A DNA stretch of 63,873 nt, counting the filler, from Octopus bimaculoides (Eukaryota), in assembly GCF_001194135.2 (NCBI RefSeq). It is 5 parts of 5 records of this genome, joined end to end, with 100 filler letters (N's around TTAATTAATTAA, not from the genome) between each part and the next. Parts side by side here need not be neighbours in the genome. Positions count along the whole stretch, not along the records: positions 1 to 22,738 come from NC_068991.1; positions 22,839 to 31,677 come from NC_068993.1; 3 more parts are not named here. One strand, 5' to 3'. Below, in pieces: positions 12,047 through 23,675 of the stretch. A program made the translations under genes and the position numbers. Each line of letters begins with the position of its first letter. Position 1 is the stretch's first letter. The notes beneath the pieces are model-generated. The model was given only the letters and a program-made list of their open reading frames with translations. It did no database searches and was not told the DNA's origin.

Positions 12047-12506
12047 CTATTTATAAATGTTCTATAATGTACACAACCTTGGTTTTTTTATCTCATTACG
12101 AAAAGTAAATCCTTATGTAGATATATATATNNNNNNNNNNNNNNNNNNNNNNNNNNNNNNNNNNNNNNNNNNNNNNNNNNNNNNNNNNNNNNNNNNNNNN
12201 NNNNNNNNNNNNNNNNNNNNNNNNNNNNNNNNNNNNNNNNNNNNNNNNNNNNNNNNNNNNNNNNNNNNNNNNNNNNNNNNNNNNNNNNNNNNNNNNNNNN
12301 NNNNNNNNNNNNNNNNNNNNNNNNNNNNNNNNNNNNNNNNNNNNNNNNNNNNNNNNNNNNNNNNNNNNNNNNNNNNNNNNNNNNNNNNNNNNNNNNNNNN
12401 NNNNNNNNNNNNNNNNNNNNNNNNNNNNNNNNNNNNNNNNNNNNNNNNNNNNNNNNNNNNNNNNNNNNNACTTCCACTGCACCTATACCACCAACCTACA
12501 GCCTTT

Positions 12507-12710
12507 TCTACACTAGGCACAAGGCCCGAAATTTTGGGGAAGGGGGCCAGTCGATTAGATCAACCACAGTACGCAACTGGTACTTAATTTATCGACCCCG
12601 AAAGAATGAACGGCAAAGTCGACCTTGGCGGAATTTGAACTCAGAACGTAAAGACGGACGAAATAAGCATTTCGCACGGCGTGCTAACGTTTCTACCAGT
12701 TCGCCGCCTT
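12507..12710 (-). mobile_element. tRNA-derived SINE, family B
   Basis: Reverse complement reads GGCGGCGAACTGGTAGAAACGTTAGCACGCCG...GAGTTCAAATTCCGCC...CTTTCGGGGTCGATAAATTAAGTACCAG; matches 19919 and 25846. Confidence 0.88.
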
Positions 12711-12719
12711 TCCTCCATC

Positions 12720-13010
12720 CTACATCACCACCATCATCATCACTGCTACAACTACCACCACCACCAGCAGCACCACCAACATCACATCTATCTCCACCAC
12801 TACCATCACCACTATTATCATCATCACCACCACCACCACCACCACTACCATCATCAGCAGCATCAGCCTCACCAACACCAACACCACAACCATCACCACC
12901 ATCACCACCACAGTCACTGTCACCACCACCATCATCACCACCACCACCACCACAAACCACCACCGCTACCAACACCGCCAACAATAGCAACAACAACAGC
13001 AATAACAACA
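12720..13010. repeat. (CAC)/(CAT)/(CAA) triplet mosaic
   Basis: Seen directly; explains the poly-His and Pro/Ser ORFs. Confidence 0.9.
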
Positions 13011-13273
13011 GCATCGCATCACTGACACGAATCATCTCCACTTTATCAATGTACCTCGTTAATTATTTACGTCTCACTAGTAGAGCAGCATGTCTATTGC
13101 CGCCGTACTAATGTATTTAACACTTGTAGAGCGACAGATTGTTGGTATGAGGGAAACACACACACGCACACACACACACACACACACAGACACGCGCACA
13201 CACCCATACATACACACACATACATGCACATATGTATATACGTATTTATATTCATACATACATATATGTATGC

Positions 13274-13309
<36 letters not shown>

Positions 13310-15115
13310 NNNNNNNNNNNNNNNNNNNNNNNNNNNNNNNNNNNNNNNNNNNNNNNNNNNNNNNNNNNNNNNNNNNNNNNNNNNNNNNNNNNNNNNNNNN
13401 NNNNNNNNNNNNNNNNNNNNNNNNNNNNNNNNNNNNNNNNNNNNNNNNNNNNNNNNNNNNNNNNNNNNNNNNNNNNNNNNNNNNNNNNNNNNNNNNNNNN
13501 NNNNNNNNNNNNNNNNNNNNNNNNNNNNNNNNNNNNNNNNNNNNNNNNNNNNNNNNNNNNNNNNNNNNNNNNNNNNNNNNNNNNNNNNNNNNNNNNNNNN
13601 NNNNNNNNNNNNNNNNNNNNNNNNNNNNNNNNNNNNNNNNNNNNNNNNNNNNNNNNNNNNNNNNNNNNNNNNNNNNNNNNNNNNNNNNNNNNNNNNNNNN
13701 NNNNNNNNNNNNNNNNNNNNNNNNNNNNNNNNNNNNNNNNNNNNNNNNNNNNNNNNNNNNNNNNNNNNNNNNNNNNNNNNNNNNNNNNNNNNNNNNNNNN
13801 NNNNNNNNNNNNNNNNNNNNNNNNNNNNNNNNNNNNNNNNNNNNNNNNNNNNNNNNNNNNNNNNNNNNNNNNNNNNNNNNNNNNNNNNNNNNNNNNNNNN
13901 NNNNNNNNNNNNNNNNNNNNNNNNNNNNNNNNNNNNNNNNNNNNNNNNNNNNNNNNNNNNNNNNNNNNNNNNNNNNNNNNNNNNNNNNNNNNNNNNNNNN
14001 NNNNNNNNNNNNNNNNNNNNNNNNNNNNNNNNNNNNNNNNNNNNNNNNNNNNNNNNNNNNNNNNNNNNNNNNNNNNNNNNNNNNNNNNNNNNNNNNNNNN
14101 NNNNNNNNNNNNNNNNNNNNNNNNNNNNNNNNNNNATATATATATATATATATATACAAATTATTAAGGTGGCTTATTCGTATACGCGCGCACACACACA
14201 CACACACACATACACACAAATGTGTGTGCGTATGTGTGTGCAGGATCTGATGCGCCCAGTGCACGACAATCAAACCGTTTGCGTTTCGGTTCTAGTGATA
14301 GTCGGGTTAAACTGAAGACGTTGCTTGCAGCAATAGCTAGAAAAAAGAACAAGAATTTTGATTTGGCTATCCTTCATTTCAGCTGTTACATATGCTTCGG
14401 TATTCAGGGACATGCAACGTTACAGTATAAATGAAGTCCTATAGTCGCACCCTATATGACCAGCATGGTGAGCACACAATTCGTGAGGCAGCTTTTTTTT
14501 AATCCATTCTACAGCAATGTCAGTGTATTTGAATGAGCCCATGTGGTAACCTCTAAGTGATTTTCAACTTGTGTGAAATAATAGCCAAATTCTCTCAAAT
14601 CATACTTTGCCGTATTTCAAAAGAGAAGCATAGCGTTTGATAAAATTTTAGCTATTCAGAAAGACAGACTGATCACTTCTTAGATATGTTTCATCATTGG
14701 TTTGTTGTATTACGCGTCACCTTGTGCCAAACAACATTAATAAGTGCGTGTCTACAGTCTTTGTTCAAGTAAATAATGAGAAGCCAGCAGAAGTTACATT
14801 GGGTCTCATATTGTGTCATCCGTACTGTATACGTTTTGTGATACATACATTCTAACGACTAAGCCCACCTAACTGTAAGTAGATATCACAAGGTCGGTGT
14901 GACTTGTTGAGGCAAAGGTGTTATAGCGCCACATCTTTGACATCGCTTATCTGATGCTGGCTTATTTGACAAAGATGTTTTAATGTTTCTCTCACTAATT
15001 CCACCCACTGTCTCCCTTTCTTTGTGTTTATGCGAGTGAGTGTATTTTTCTTTATATGTATCAGAGGGAAAGTGCTTATATCAATCGTGTTCATTTAATA
15101 AATTGTAATATCTCC

Positions 15116-15119
<4 letters not shown>

Positions 15120-15166
<47 letters not shown>

Positions 15167-15182
15167 TCTCTCTCTCTCTCTG
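15120..15182. repeat. (CT)n microsatellite
   Basis: Seen directly. Confidence 0.95.
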
Positions 15183-16529
15183 TCTTACTTTATCCCTCTT
15201 TAATTCTCTCCAACTGTGCGTATATTTCTTTGTGTGGTTGCGGGGGGGGGGTGCCTCCAGCACTAATGAGTGCCTGTACTAAAACAGGCTGCTTGTCCAC
15301 TCAGCCGCGTCAAACAAATTGTCAGCGTCCAAATAGCGGGCGTCCATTTATCTCATTCCGCCAAAGTCATCTCATCCCTCTGGGAAACGCACCTTTAATG
15401 GAGTAAAACCATATATGAAAGCGTTTACTTTCGTATTCTTTAAACAAGCTCCTATTGTCACATCCCATTAGCAAAATGAAGATTTCGGAGAAAAAGGAAA
15501 TATATGAAACACAGTAAAAATAATCTACATATTTTGGTACAATCTTCCGTACACTCTAAGTGTGACTACAAATAGAGCATAGATCTTCCTGCCCCTGATA
15601 AGTAAAAACTTGCCCATACCGTTCTCTAGATAATATAGTCTTGCAAATGTCCCAACATAAGTAACGTTTTGACTGTAATCCAATATCTCAATAATCAGAA
15701 TCTAATTGTAGAAATGCACTAAACTACAACCGCCATTGCTAATCGTGTATACAAAGAGGTTTATGTATGAAGCTACAGTAAAACTGTAACTTTATAAAAC
15801 TGTAGACGATATTCAAAGGGCATGAATAGGGCTAATAATAGCAACATTTCAAACCCCAGTAAACAAACACAGACACACGCACGAGCATGTACACACATAC
15901 ATATTCACGCGCATACACACGCGCATGCATACACACACAAACAGACATACACACCATATACACACGCACACGCATGCACACAGAAATCCATTCACTCATA
16001 TACAACGCGTACAAACAGCCCTTCGAAACAAAATCAACAGCTTCAGTACAACTAGAAACGCGGAAACAAAGGGATCAACAGCCTGCCAATAAAATAGGGT
16101 GTTTTTCAATTTGCACGTTTATACTTACTGAGATAATCAGTGCAACCTGTGCATCGCAGAAAAATACCACATTATAACATAAACAGATAGCATATCAATG
16201 AGAGGGACGAGCATTTTCTACATACAAACACAGACGGTAATTTCTTTTCTTAAAGTTTCAAGATATATAATTGTGTAACTTTATCTCAAGTTATTTCATT
16301 TGAATCAATAATACTTTGAACACTTCTACCCGGCTAGTGAAAATCTGCAATGGAAGGTTCAAGAGTTGCCCAACTTTGCAGATATTGTAAATGTTGTTAC
16401 TTTCCAGCTACTCACGAATATATTTGTTCTACGTGATTTGAATACACTTTCTTTCTTTCCTAAAACAAATGTGCATAAACGTATACATTTATGTGTGTTC
16501 CTGTATGTGTATGTGTATGTATTTATGCT

Positions 16530-16585
<56 letters not shown>

Positions 16586-17339
16586 TATAGAGAGAGAATA
16601 GAAAGAAAACGAAAAGAAGATAGATAGATGTGTGTGCGCGTGTGTGTGTGTGTGTGCATATGTACGTGTGCGTATTTAAATATATATTATGNNNNNNNNN
16701 NNNNNNNNNNNNNNNNNNNNNNNNNNNNNNNNNNNNNNNNNNNNNNNNNNNNNNNNNNNNNNNNNNNNNNNNNNNNNNNNNNNNNNNNNNNNNNNNNNNN
16801 NNNNNNNNNNNNNNNNNNNNNNNNNNNNNNNNNNNNNNNNNNNNNNNNNNNNNNNNNNNNNNNNNNNNNNNNNNNNNNNNNNNNNNNNNNNNNNNNNNNN
16901 NNNNNNNNNNNNNNNNNNNNNNNNNNNNNNNNNNNNNNNNNNNNNNNNNNNNNNNNNNNNNNNNNNNNNNNNNNNNNNNNNNNNNNNNNNNNNNNNNNNN
17001 NNNNNNNNNNNNNNNNNNNNNNNNNNNNNNNNNNNNNNNNNNNNNNNNNNNNNNNNNNNNNNNNNNNNNNNNNNNNNNNNNNNNNNNNNNNNNNNNNNNN
17101 NNNNNNNNNNNNNNNNNNNNNNNNNNNNNNNNNNNNNNNNNNNNNNNNNNNNNNNNNNNNNNNNNNNNNNNNNNNNNNNNNNNNNNNNNNNNNNNNNNNN
17201 NNNNNNNNNNNNNNNNNNTATATATATATACATACATAGATACACGTACACATACATATATATGTGTGTGTGAGTGTGTATGTGTGCATATATACCTATA
17301 CATACGCATATGCATATATATACATGTACATACACGTAC

Positions 17340-17399
<60 letters not shown>

Positions 17400-18040
17400 A
17401 TACATATGCATATATACCCATACATGTTCATACACATACACATACATATACATATATACATACATACCTATACATAAACATACGCATATATACATGCATA
17501 TGCATATTTTTAAATATACGTTCAGTTAGTCACAAACTTTGTTCTGGTATCTGTTACCAACTCATGTCATCGTTAGCTAGTTAAACTGGTTTGACTACTG
17601 ACACTATAAGTATGCAGTAAGCATACAAAGTAAACCGATGAAATACACGATCGATTTCAATGCTCAGCTACATTCGGTTTTACATTTTCTATTTCTTTAT
17701 ATTTTTTATTTTATTTTGGTTTATTCTACATTTATTTGTAATCCTTGCTATTATTAGCTGAAAAACATATTATTATTCTTATTATTATTATCATCATTAT
17801 TATTTTTATTGTTATTATTATTATTATTATTATTATTTGCTTTATGTTTTGTTTTGTTTTTTGTTTTGGGTTTTTTTTTCCTTGCAAGAGCCTATCACGA
17901 AATCTATCTCCACTAAACAATCAGAAGTTGAAGGAAAATAAGAAAGAAAAACAAAAACGTTGAATAGTGTCTGTATTACCAATTTCATTCTTCTGTTTTA
18001 TTCTAGCAACTGTGTTTGTTTTCATTTTTGCTTTTTATTC

Positions 18041-18072
<32 letters not shown>

Positions 18073-18419
18073 GGGAGAGATTGTGTTTTTTTTTTATCTG
18101 AGGAGTTTTTTAGGGGTTTATGGGATGGGGCGTTTGTTTGCTCACTGGAACCAAACCATGAAGTAGTGTGCCAAGAACAAATAACACTCTAATGTTGGAA
18201 CTAATTTTGTTAGTTTGATTGATGCAAAAACAAAAAGAAAACGAGACTGACAGATAGAGAGGGTGGGGGAGACAGAGTGAAAGAGAGAGAGAAAGAGTGA
18301 GAGAGAAAAGGTAAGGGACAGAGAAAGAAAGAACTAAAGATAGCAGTAAGAAAGTGAGATGGAAGAAAACGAGTTAGTGACAGTGAGAAAGTGTGATAGG
18401 CAAAAAGTTAGCAAGGGTG

Positions 18420-18470
18420 AGAGTGAGAGTGAAGGGAGGCAAAAAGAGAGATAGAGTGTGGTAGAAGGTA

Positions 18471-18545
<75 letters not shown>

Positions 18546-19037
18546 GTGTGTGTGTGTGAAGAGAAAAGATAAAGAAAGAAGGAGAGGAGGTGAGAGAGAA
18601 AGAGAAACAAAGAAAAATGGATTGAACGAAGGAAAGAAGGAAGAAGAGAAAAGAAGGAAAGAATGAAAGAAAGAAAGGAAGGAAGAAAGAAAGAAAGAAA
18701 CAAAGAAACAAAGAACGAAAGAAAGAAAGAGGGAGGAAAGAAAAACGAAAGAAAAAGAAAGAAAGAAAAAGAAACAAACTAACAAAGAGCGAAAGAAAGA
18801 GGGAAGGAATAAGAAAGAAAGAAAGAAAGAAAGAAAGAAAAAAGAAAGAAAGAAAGAAAGAAAGAAAGAAGGAAAGAAAGAAAGAGAGAAAGAAACAAAT
18901 GAAGGAAGAAACAAAGGAAGCAAGGAAGGAAAAAAGAAAGAAAACATACGATAAAGAATGTGAAGGTGTAGAAGAGAGATGGTGGAGAAAGAGTTAACGG
19001 GAGGATGAAATAAGAAGGGGTGAGCCAAAGGGTGTGA

Positions 19038-19078
<41 letters not shown>
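18420..19078. repeat. polypurine (GA)n/(GAAA)n tract with internal (GT)n
   Basis: Seen directly. Confidence 0.9.
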
Positions 19079-19168
19079 NNNNNNNNNNATGCGTGTGTTT
19101 ATGTGTGTGTGTGTGTGCGCGCGCGTGCGTGCGTGCTCCGGTAAATCGGAGACTGGATGCAGTTTTCT

Positions 19169-19220
<52 letters not shown>

Positions 19221-19447
19221 GAGCAGCAGCAGCGGCGGCAGCGGCGGCAGCAGCGGCAGCAGCAGCAGCAGCAGAAGAAGAAGAAGAAGAAGAAGAAGAA
19301 GAAGAAGAAGAAGAAGAAGAAGAAGAAGAAGAAGAAAAAGGTGATGAGAATGACAATGAGGATGATAATGAGGATGGTGGTGGTGGTGGTGATGATGATG
19401 ATGATGATGATGATTTTGATGATGATGACGACGACGACGACGACGAT
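19169..19447. repeat. compound triplet array (TAG)n-(CAG/CGG)n-(GAA)n-(GGT)/(GAT)/(GAC)n
   Basis: Seen directly. Confidence 0.92.
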
Positions 19448-19586
19448 ATCTGCCATGATAGAATCTATCTGCAGGGTCCGACGCTTCCCCAGATTTTACA
19501 TTACTGAAGATAAATACAATCAAATGAGTTTACTGTGTTTGGAAAAATAATCACCGAAGGAAACATGAAATAACACAGGAAAATAA

Positions 19587-19651
<65 letters not shown>

Positions 19652-19692
19652 TGATGATAATAATAATCATAATAATAATAATAACAATCACC

Positions 19693-20218
19693 AAGGCAGC
19701 AAGCTAGCAGAATGGTTAGCAGGTCGAACTTAGCGGCATTTCGTCCTTCGTTAGGTTCTGAGCTCAAATTCAGCCGAGTCGACTTTGCTTTTCATCCCTT
19801 TCGAGGGTCGATAAAATAAGTACCAGTTGAGCACTGGGGCTGATGTACTTGACTTACCCGCCTCACCTAAAATGCTGGCCCCGTGCCAAAATTCGAAACC
19901 AATATTTTCCATGTTATTAAGGCGGCGAGCTGGCAGAATCGTTAGAAGGCTGGGCAAAATGCTTAGCGGCATTTCGTCCTCCTTTAGGTTCTGAGTTCAA
20001 ATTTCACCGAGGTTGACTTTGCTATTCATCTCTTTCGAGGGTCGATAAAATAAGTACCAGTTGGCCCTGCAGATATATTATATTATAACATATATCATCA
20101 TCGTCGTCGTCGTCGTCGTCATCATCATCATAAGTACCAGTTGAGCAATGAGGTCGATCTAACTAACTTACCCCGTTCCCCAGACTTGCTAGCCTTGTGC
20201 CAAAATTTGAAGCCATTA
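19693..20218 (+). mobile_element. cluster of SINE family B: 19693-19908, 19919-20065 and 3' half 20131-20218
   Basis: Repeated AAGGCGGCGAGCTGGCAGAAT head, GAGTTCAAATT B box and gggtcgataaaataagtaccagttg core. Confidence 0.88.
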
Positions 20219-20499
20219 TTACAAATTTTCCATATTAATTTCATGAAAAAATAGTATAAAACTTTGAAAGTGTAGCGGATTGTGTTAGGCAACTGTAGAA
20301 AGGCAAAATCATGTTCGTAAGTTAAAATATGTAAACCTATGATTTTTCTTCATTTTTAAAAAGAAAGTTTTTCTCATTGTAAAGGGGGATGGAATTTTCA
20401 ATGGGAACCACTACATGGCCCCACTCACTCGTCCAATATTATCTATTGGTCGGCAAGTGTTAATAGCTATAACCTTAGATATCCACGTGATTTCAGTAA

Positions 20500-21435
20500 G
20501 CCATCAAGCGTTCTCAACCTTTCCGGTGAGTTTTTCCTGTTTCTAAGAGTAACATCTGTTGAAGTTCTACAGGATACTCCATTCCAGTCACCTTTACCCA
20601 TTTGTCTATTTAACGACTCACAGACCATAATGCAGAATTCACGTTTCAAATTTTTGCAGTCTTAAGTATTGGGCTGTCCGGATAGTTCGTGCCGATTTTT
20701 AAAGGAAAGAAAAAGGTCAATGAATACTTGCCATTACATTTTTAATCAACCAAATATGAACCATTTTACTGCACAATGCGTCTCTATCTTTCTTTAACTT
20801 GAAAATACCCTCTTCCCAGAATTGAGGTGGTTTCATGGCAAATAAGTCGAAAGGTAAGCTACTATAAATCGGCACGAACTTTCCGGACAACCCAATATTT
20901 AGCAGCTATAGAATTTCAACTTTTTACATGCTTTCTTCACAATCCTTGTGTCAAATAAATATGATGGTCAATAAATATGCAAATTCAGTTTCCCTTGTCC
21001 ATTACTGTAATATCTGGCATGTTATGTTCCATCTTTTTATCCATTTCAATGAGAAAATACCACAAAACCTCGCATGTTTCTATCTCAAGTACTTGTTTTG
21101 CTCAATGATTGTACCTGCTTCAAACCGCTATATTTGGCGGAGCTTCTAGTGTAAAACTCTCACAACTTGATCACTGCCCATTTCTTATAGTTTCTCTGGG
21201 CCAACCAGGTGGCATTCTGCTACAATGTGTCATTGTTTCCACTGACCAAATTCACTGACCATACATTTTGCCGATGCCTTCTCCCCATACACATTTTCTT
21301 GCGATTTTTATTTACAAAGTTTAATCTTGAGTTCCTATTAATAAAACGCTCAGTTGCTTTTTCACAACCCTTTTTAAATGAAGCATGGGATTTTCTTCCA
21401 TGTACGTCATTGATGCCGCTTCTGCTGGTAATAGT
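20500..21435 (-). mobile_element. R4/Dong-clade non-LTR retrotransposon, 5'-truncated 3' relic, interrupted by a MITE
   Basis: Minus frames give GTQD*TL, a VETMTH zinc-knuckle remnant and EVLWYFLIEMDKKMEHNMPDITVMDKGN*ICIFID (restriction-like endonuclease PD..D). The reading resumes left of the MITE as DKWVKVTGMEYPVELQQMLLLETGKTHRK. Confidence 0.8.
20669..20895 (-). mobile_element. 227-bp mariner deletion derivative (MITE)
   Basis: TIRs TTGGGCTGTCCGGATAGTTCGTGCCGATTT and reverse complement TTGGGTTGTCCGGAAAGTTCGTGCCGATTT; TA target duplication at 20667-68 and 20896-97. The interior encodes a mariner C-terminus (FAMKPPQFWEEGIFKLKER.RRIV..NGSYLVD). Confidence 0.93.
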
Positions 21436-21439
21436 AAGA

Positions 21440-21505
<66 letters not shown>
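21440..21505. repeat. (AAT)~22 microsatellite
   Basis: Seen directly; sits between two LINE relics. Confidence 0.97.
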
Positions 21506-21506
<1 letters not shown>

Positions 21507-22339
21507 TGTAGGATGAAAGATTGCAAAGATAAAGCACTATACAAGAAATTGAAAACGAATGAAACTGAAAATAGGCGGGTAAAGAAAAGAATGCATGGTC
21601 AATTTTATAGAGATGTTGAAGATAAGACAGTCAGAGAAAAAAGATGGTTGTGGATGACTAAAAGTGATTTAAAACCGGAAACGGAGGCTCTAATATGTGC
21701 TGCCCGAGAGCAAGCATTAAGAACAAACTACATAAAATACAGAATAGACACCACAAAAAAAAGTGATAAGTGCAGAATCTGTGGAAAAAAAGCGGTGAAA
21801 CCGTTTGGCATATTACCAGCCAATGTACGCCACTAGCCCAGAAGGAATATAGGAGACGCTACAATATAGCCAGGCTTGTTCATTGGACACTTTGCAATAA
21901 GTATGAACTTGACAGAGTAAAAAATCGGTACGACCACAAACCTGAAGGCATCGTTGAAAATAGGAATGCACAGATCTTATGGGATTTTATGATTCAGTGC
22001 AACCATGAGATTGAGAATAGGAAGCCAGACATAGTCTTAATCGAGAAAGAAAACAAACTATGCTGGATCATAGATATGACATGCCCAGCTGACAACAAGG
22101 TATGCGATGGGGAAGAAAGAAAAGATGAGAGATATGACAGATTAGCTTGGGAGGTTAAGCAGTTGTGGTCAATGAAAAAGGTAGCAGTAGTACCAATAAT
22201 TGTCGGAGCCCTGGGAACAGTGAGCAAAAATCTCGAGAAGTACATGGAACAAATAGGGGCTGCAATAAGGGTGGAGCACTTACAGAAAACAGCGCTGCTT
22301 GGAACCGCTCGAATACTCCGGAAGGTGCTCGAAAAATAA
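21506..22339 (+). mobile_element. R4/Dong-clade non-LTR retrotransposon, 5'-truncated ORF C-terminus (CCHC knuckle plus restriction-like endonuclease)
   Basis: RMHGQFYRD...LKPETEALICAAREQALRTNY...CRICG/(frameshift at the A-run ~21785)/SGETVWHITSQC...WDFMIQCNHEIENRKPDIVLIEKENKLCWIIDMTCP...VPIIVGALG...LQKTALLGTARILRKVL*. Confidence 0.93.
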
Positions 22340-22410
22340 GGATGAAAGGCAAAATCGATCTCGGTGGAGTTTGAACTCAGAACGTAATGACAGACAAAAT
22401 ACTGCTAAGC
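22339..22410 (-). mobile_element. SINE family B fragment abutting the LINE stop codon
   Basis: ggatgaaaggcaaaatcgatctcggtggagtttgaactcagaacg is the reverse complement of the family B B-box region. Confidence 0.7.
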
Positions 22411-22782
22411 ACACCAACTATCACAACACCAACACTCTTCCACCGCCGCCACCACCACCAAAACCACCACCACCTCCACCACAAAGGACTTCGGTAGCAA
22501 CATTAGACTAGTCATGTGACTTTTAAAACTTAAAGGGAAAAATTTCTTTGTACCGAAAGCCTTCTAAATTTACTTAATGGCAGAATTCAATAAAAATATT
22601 CATATTAATCTTATTTCATATTATTTAATTTCAATTTTTATGGTTGCCGCTGTATGGAATGGTATGGGAATATATGTGTGTGTGTGACCATTTGTGTGTC
22701 CGTGTGATTGTCCATGTGTCCATGTATATGTATGTGTGNNNNNNNNNNNNNNNNNNNNNNNNNNNNNNNNNNNNNNNNNNNN

Positions 22783-22794
22783 TTAATTAATTAA
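22783..22794. other. assembly spacer TTAATTAATTAA inside a 100-bp join (44N+12+44N)
   Basis: Identical geometry at four sites; the spacer has stops in all six frames. Confidence 0.95.
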
Positions 22795-22988
22795 NNNNNN
22801 NNNNNNNNNNNNNNNNNNNNNNNNNNNNNNNNNNNNNNACACACACATACACACACACATACACACACATACACACACACATACACACACATACACACAC
22901 ACATACACACACACACACATACACACTCAAACCTCGATACTACGGTCCTCAGTTTAACGGATTTCGGAAGCAGCGGACAACCACATGT

Positions 22989-23335
22989 GCTTACCAACCA
23001 CATGGTTCTGGGTTCAGTCCCACTGCGTGACACTTTGGCCAAATGTCTTCTACTATAGCCTCGGGTGGACCAAGGCCTTGTGAGTGGATTTGGTAGACGG
23101 AAACTGAAAGAAGCCCGTCGTATATATATAAGGGCCATATATATATATGTATGTATATATGTAAATATGTGTATATGTATATAACCTAGCGTGTCGGCGG
23201 CAAAAGGGACTGATAGAATAAGTAGTAGGCTTACAATGAATAAGTTCTGGGGTCGATTTGCTCGACTAAAGTGTGCGCTCCAGCATGGACGCAGTCAAAT
23301 GACTGAAAGAAGTAAAAGAAAAAGAAGAAAATAAG
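22989..23335 (+). mobile_element. SINE family A, head-truncated
   Basis: gcttaccaaccacatggttctgggttcagtcccactgcgtgacac... through aaagggactgatagaataagtagtagg...ccagcatggacgcagtcaaatgactgaaa. Confidence 0.85.
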
Positions 23336-23640
23336 AATATATATATATTAACGGCGGTGCATCAGCATGGCCGCAGCTCTGAGCTGAAACTAGAGGGGGA
23401 AAATGCATATAAGAAAAAACTACGCTAGATAACTAAAGAATAAAAATAACGGATACGACAATTACATCCCTATTTATTTTTATATTATACCCTTTTATAG
23501 GAATTAAGATTATTATATAATAATTGAAAAATTATATGTATATTACAAACATACATTACATATTTACTAATATTTAGCAGAAGGAACAGTGTCGTCATCC
23601 AAGGTCCGAGAGTTTCAAGCGTTGGCACTTATCAAACTAG

Positions 23641-23675
<35 letters not shown>

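Noticed and set aside
12635-13111. Pro/Ser/Thr-rich 158-aa ORF resembling an extensin or formin linker
   Set aside because: It starts inside a SINE-B and continues through a CAC/CAT triplet mosaic; there is no splice or domain support.
16129-16146. 18-nt minus-strand micro-exon with a GTAAGT donor
   Set aside because: The acceptor is weak and there are no partner exons; such matches are expected by chance. Isolated donors near 38985 and 63125 were rejected for the same reason.
19157-19507. Poly-V/A/E/D ORF resembling an acidic transcription-factor tract
   Set aside because: It is entirely a compound microsatellite.
20385-20525. Open 141-nt plus-strand segment with AG and CCG|GTGAGT boundaries
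   Set aside because: It overlaps the antisense 3' end and UTR of the minus-strand R4/Dong relic, and the peptide is unrecognisable.
22783-22794. TTAATTAATTAA as a biological motif (homeodomain site, piggyBac TTAA array)
   Set aside because: It is always centred in exactly 44N+44N, so it is an assembly spacer.
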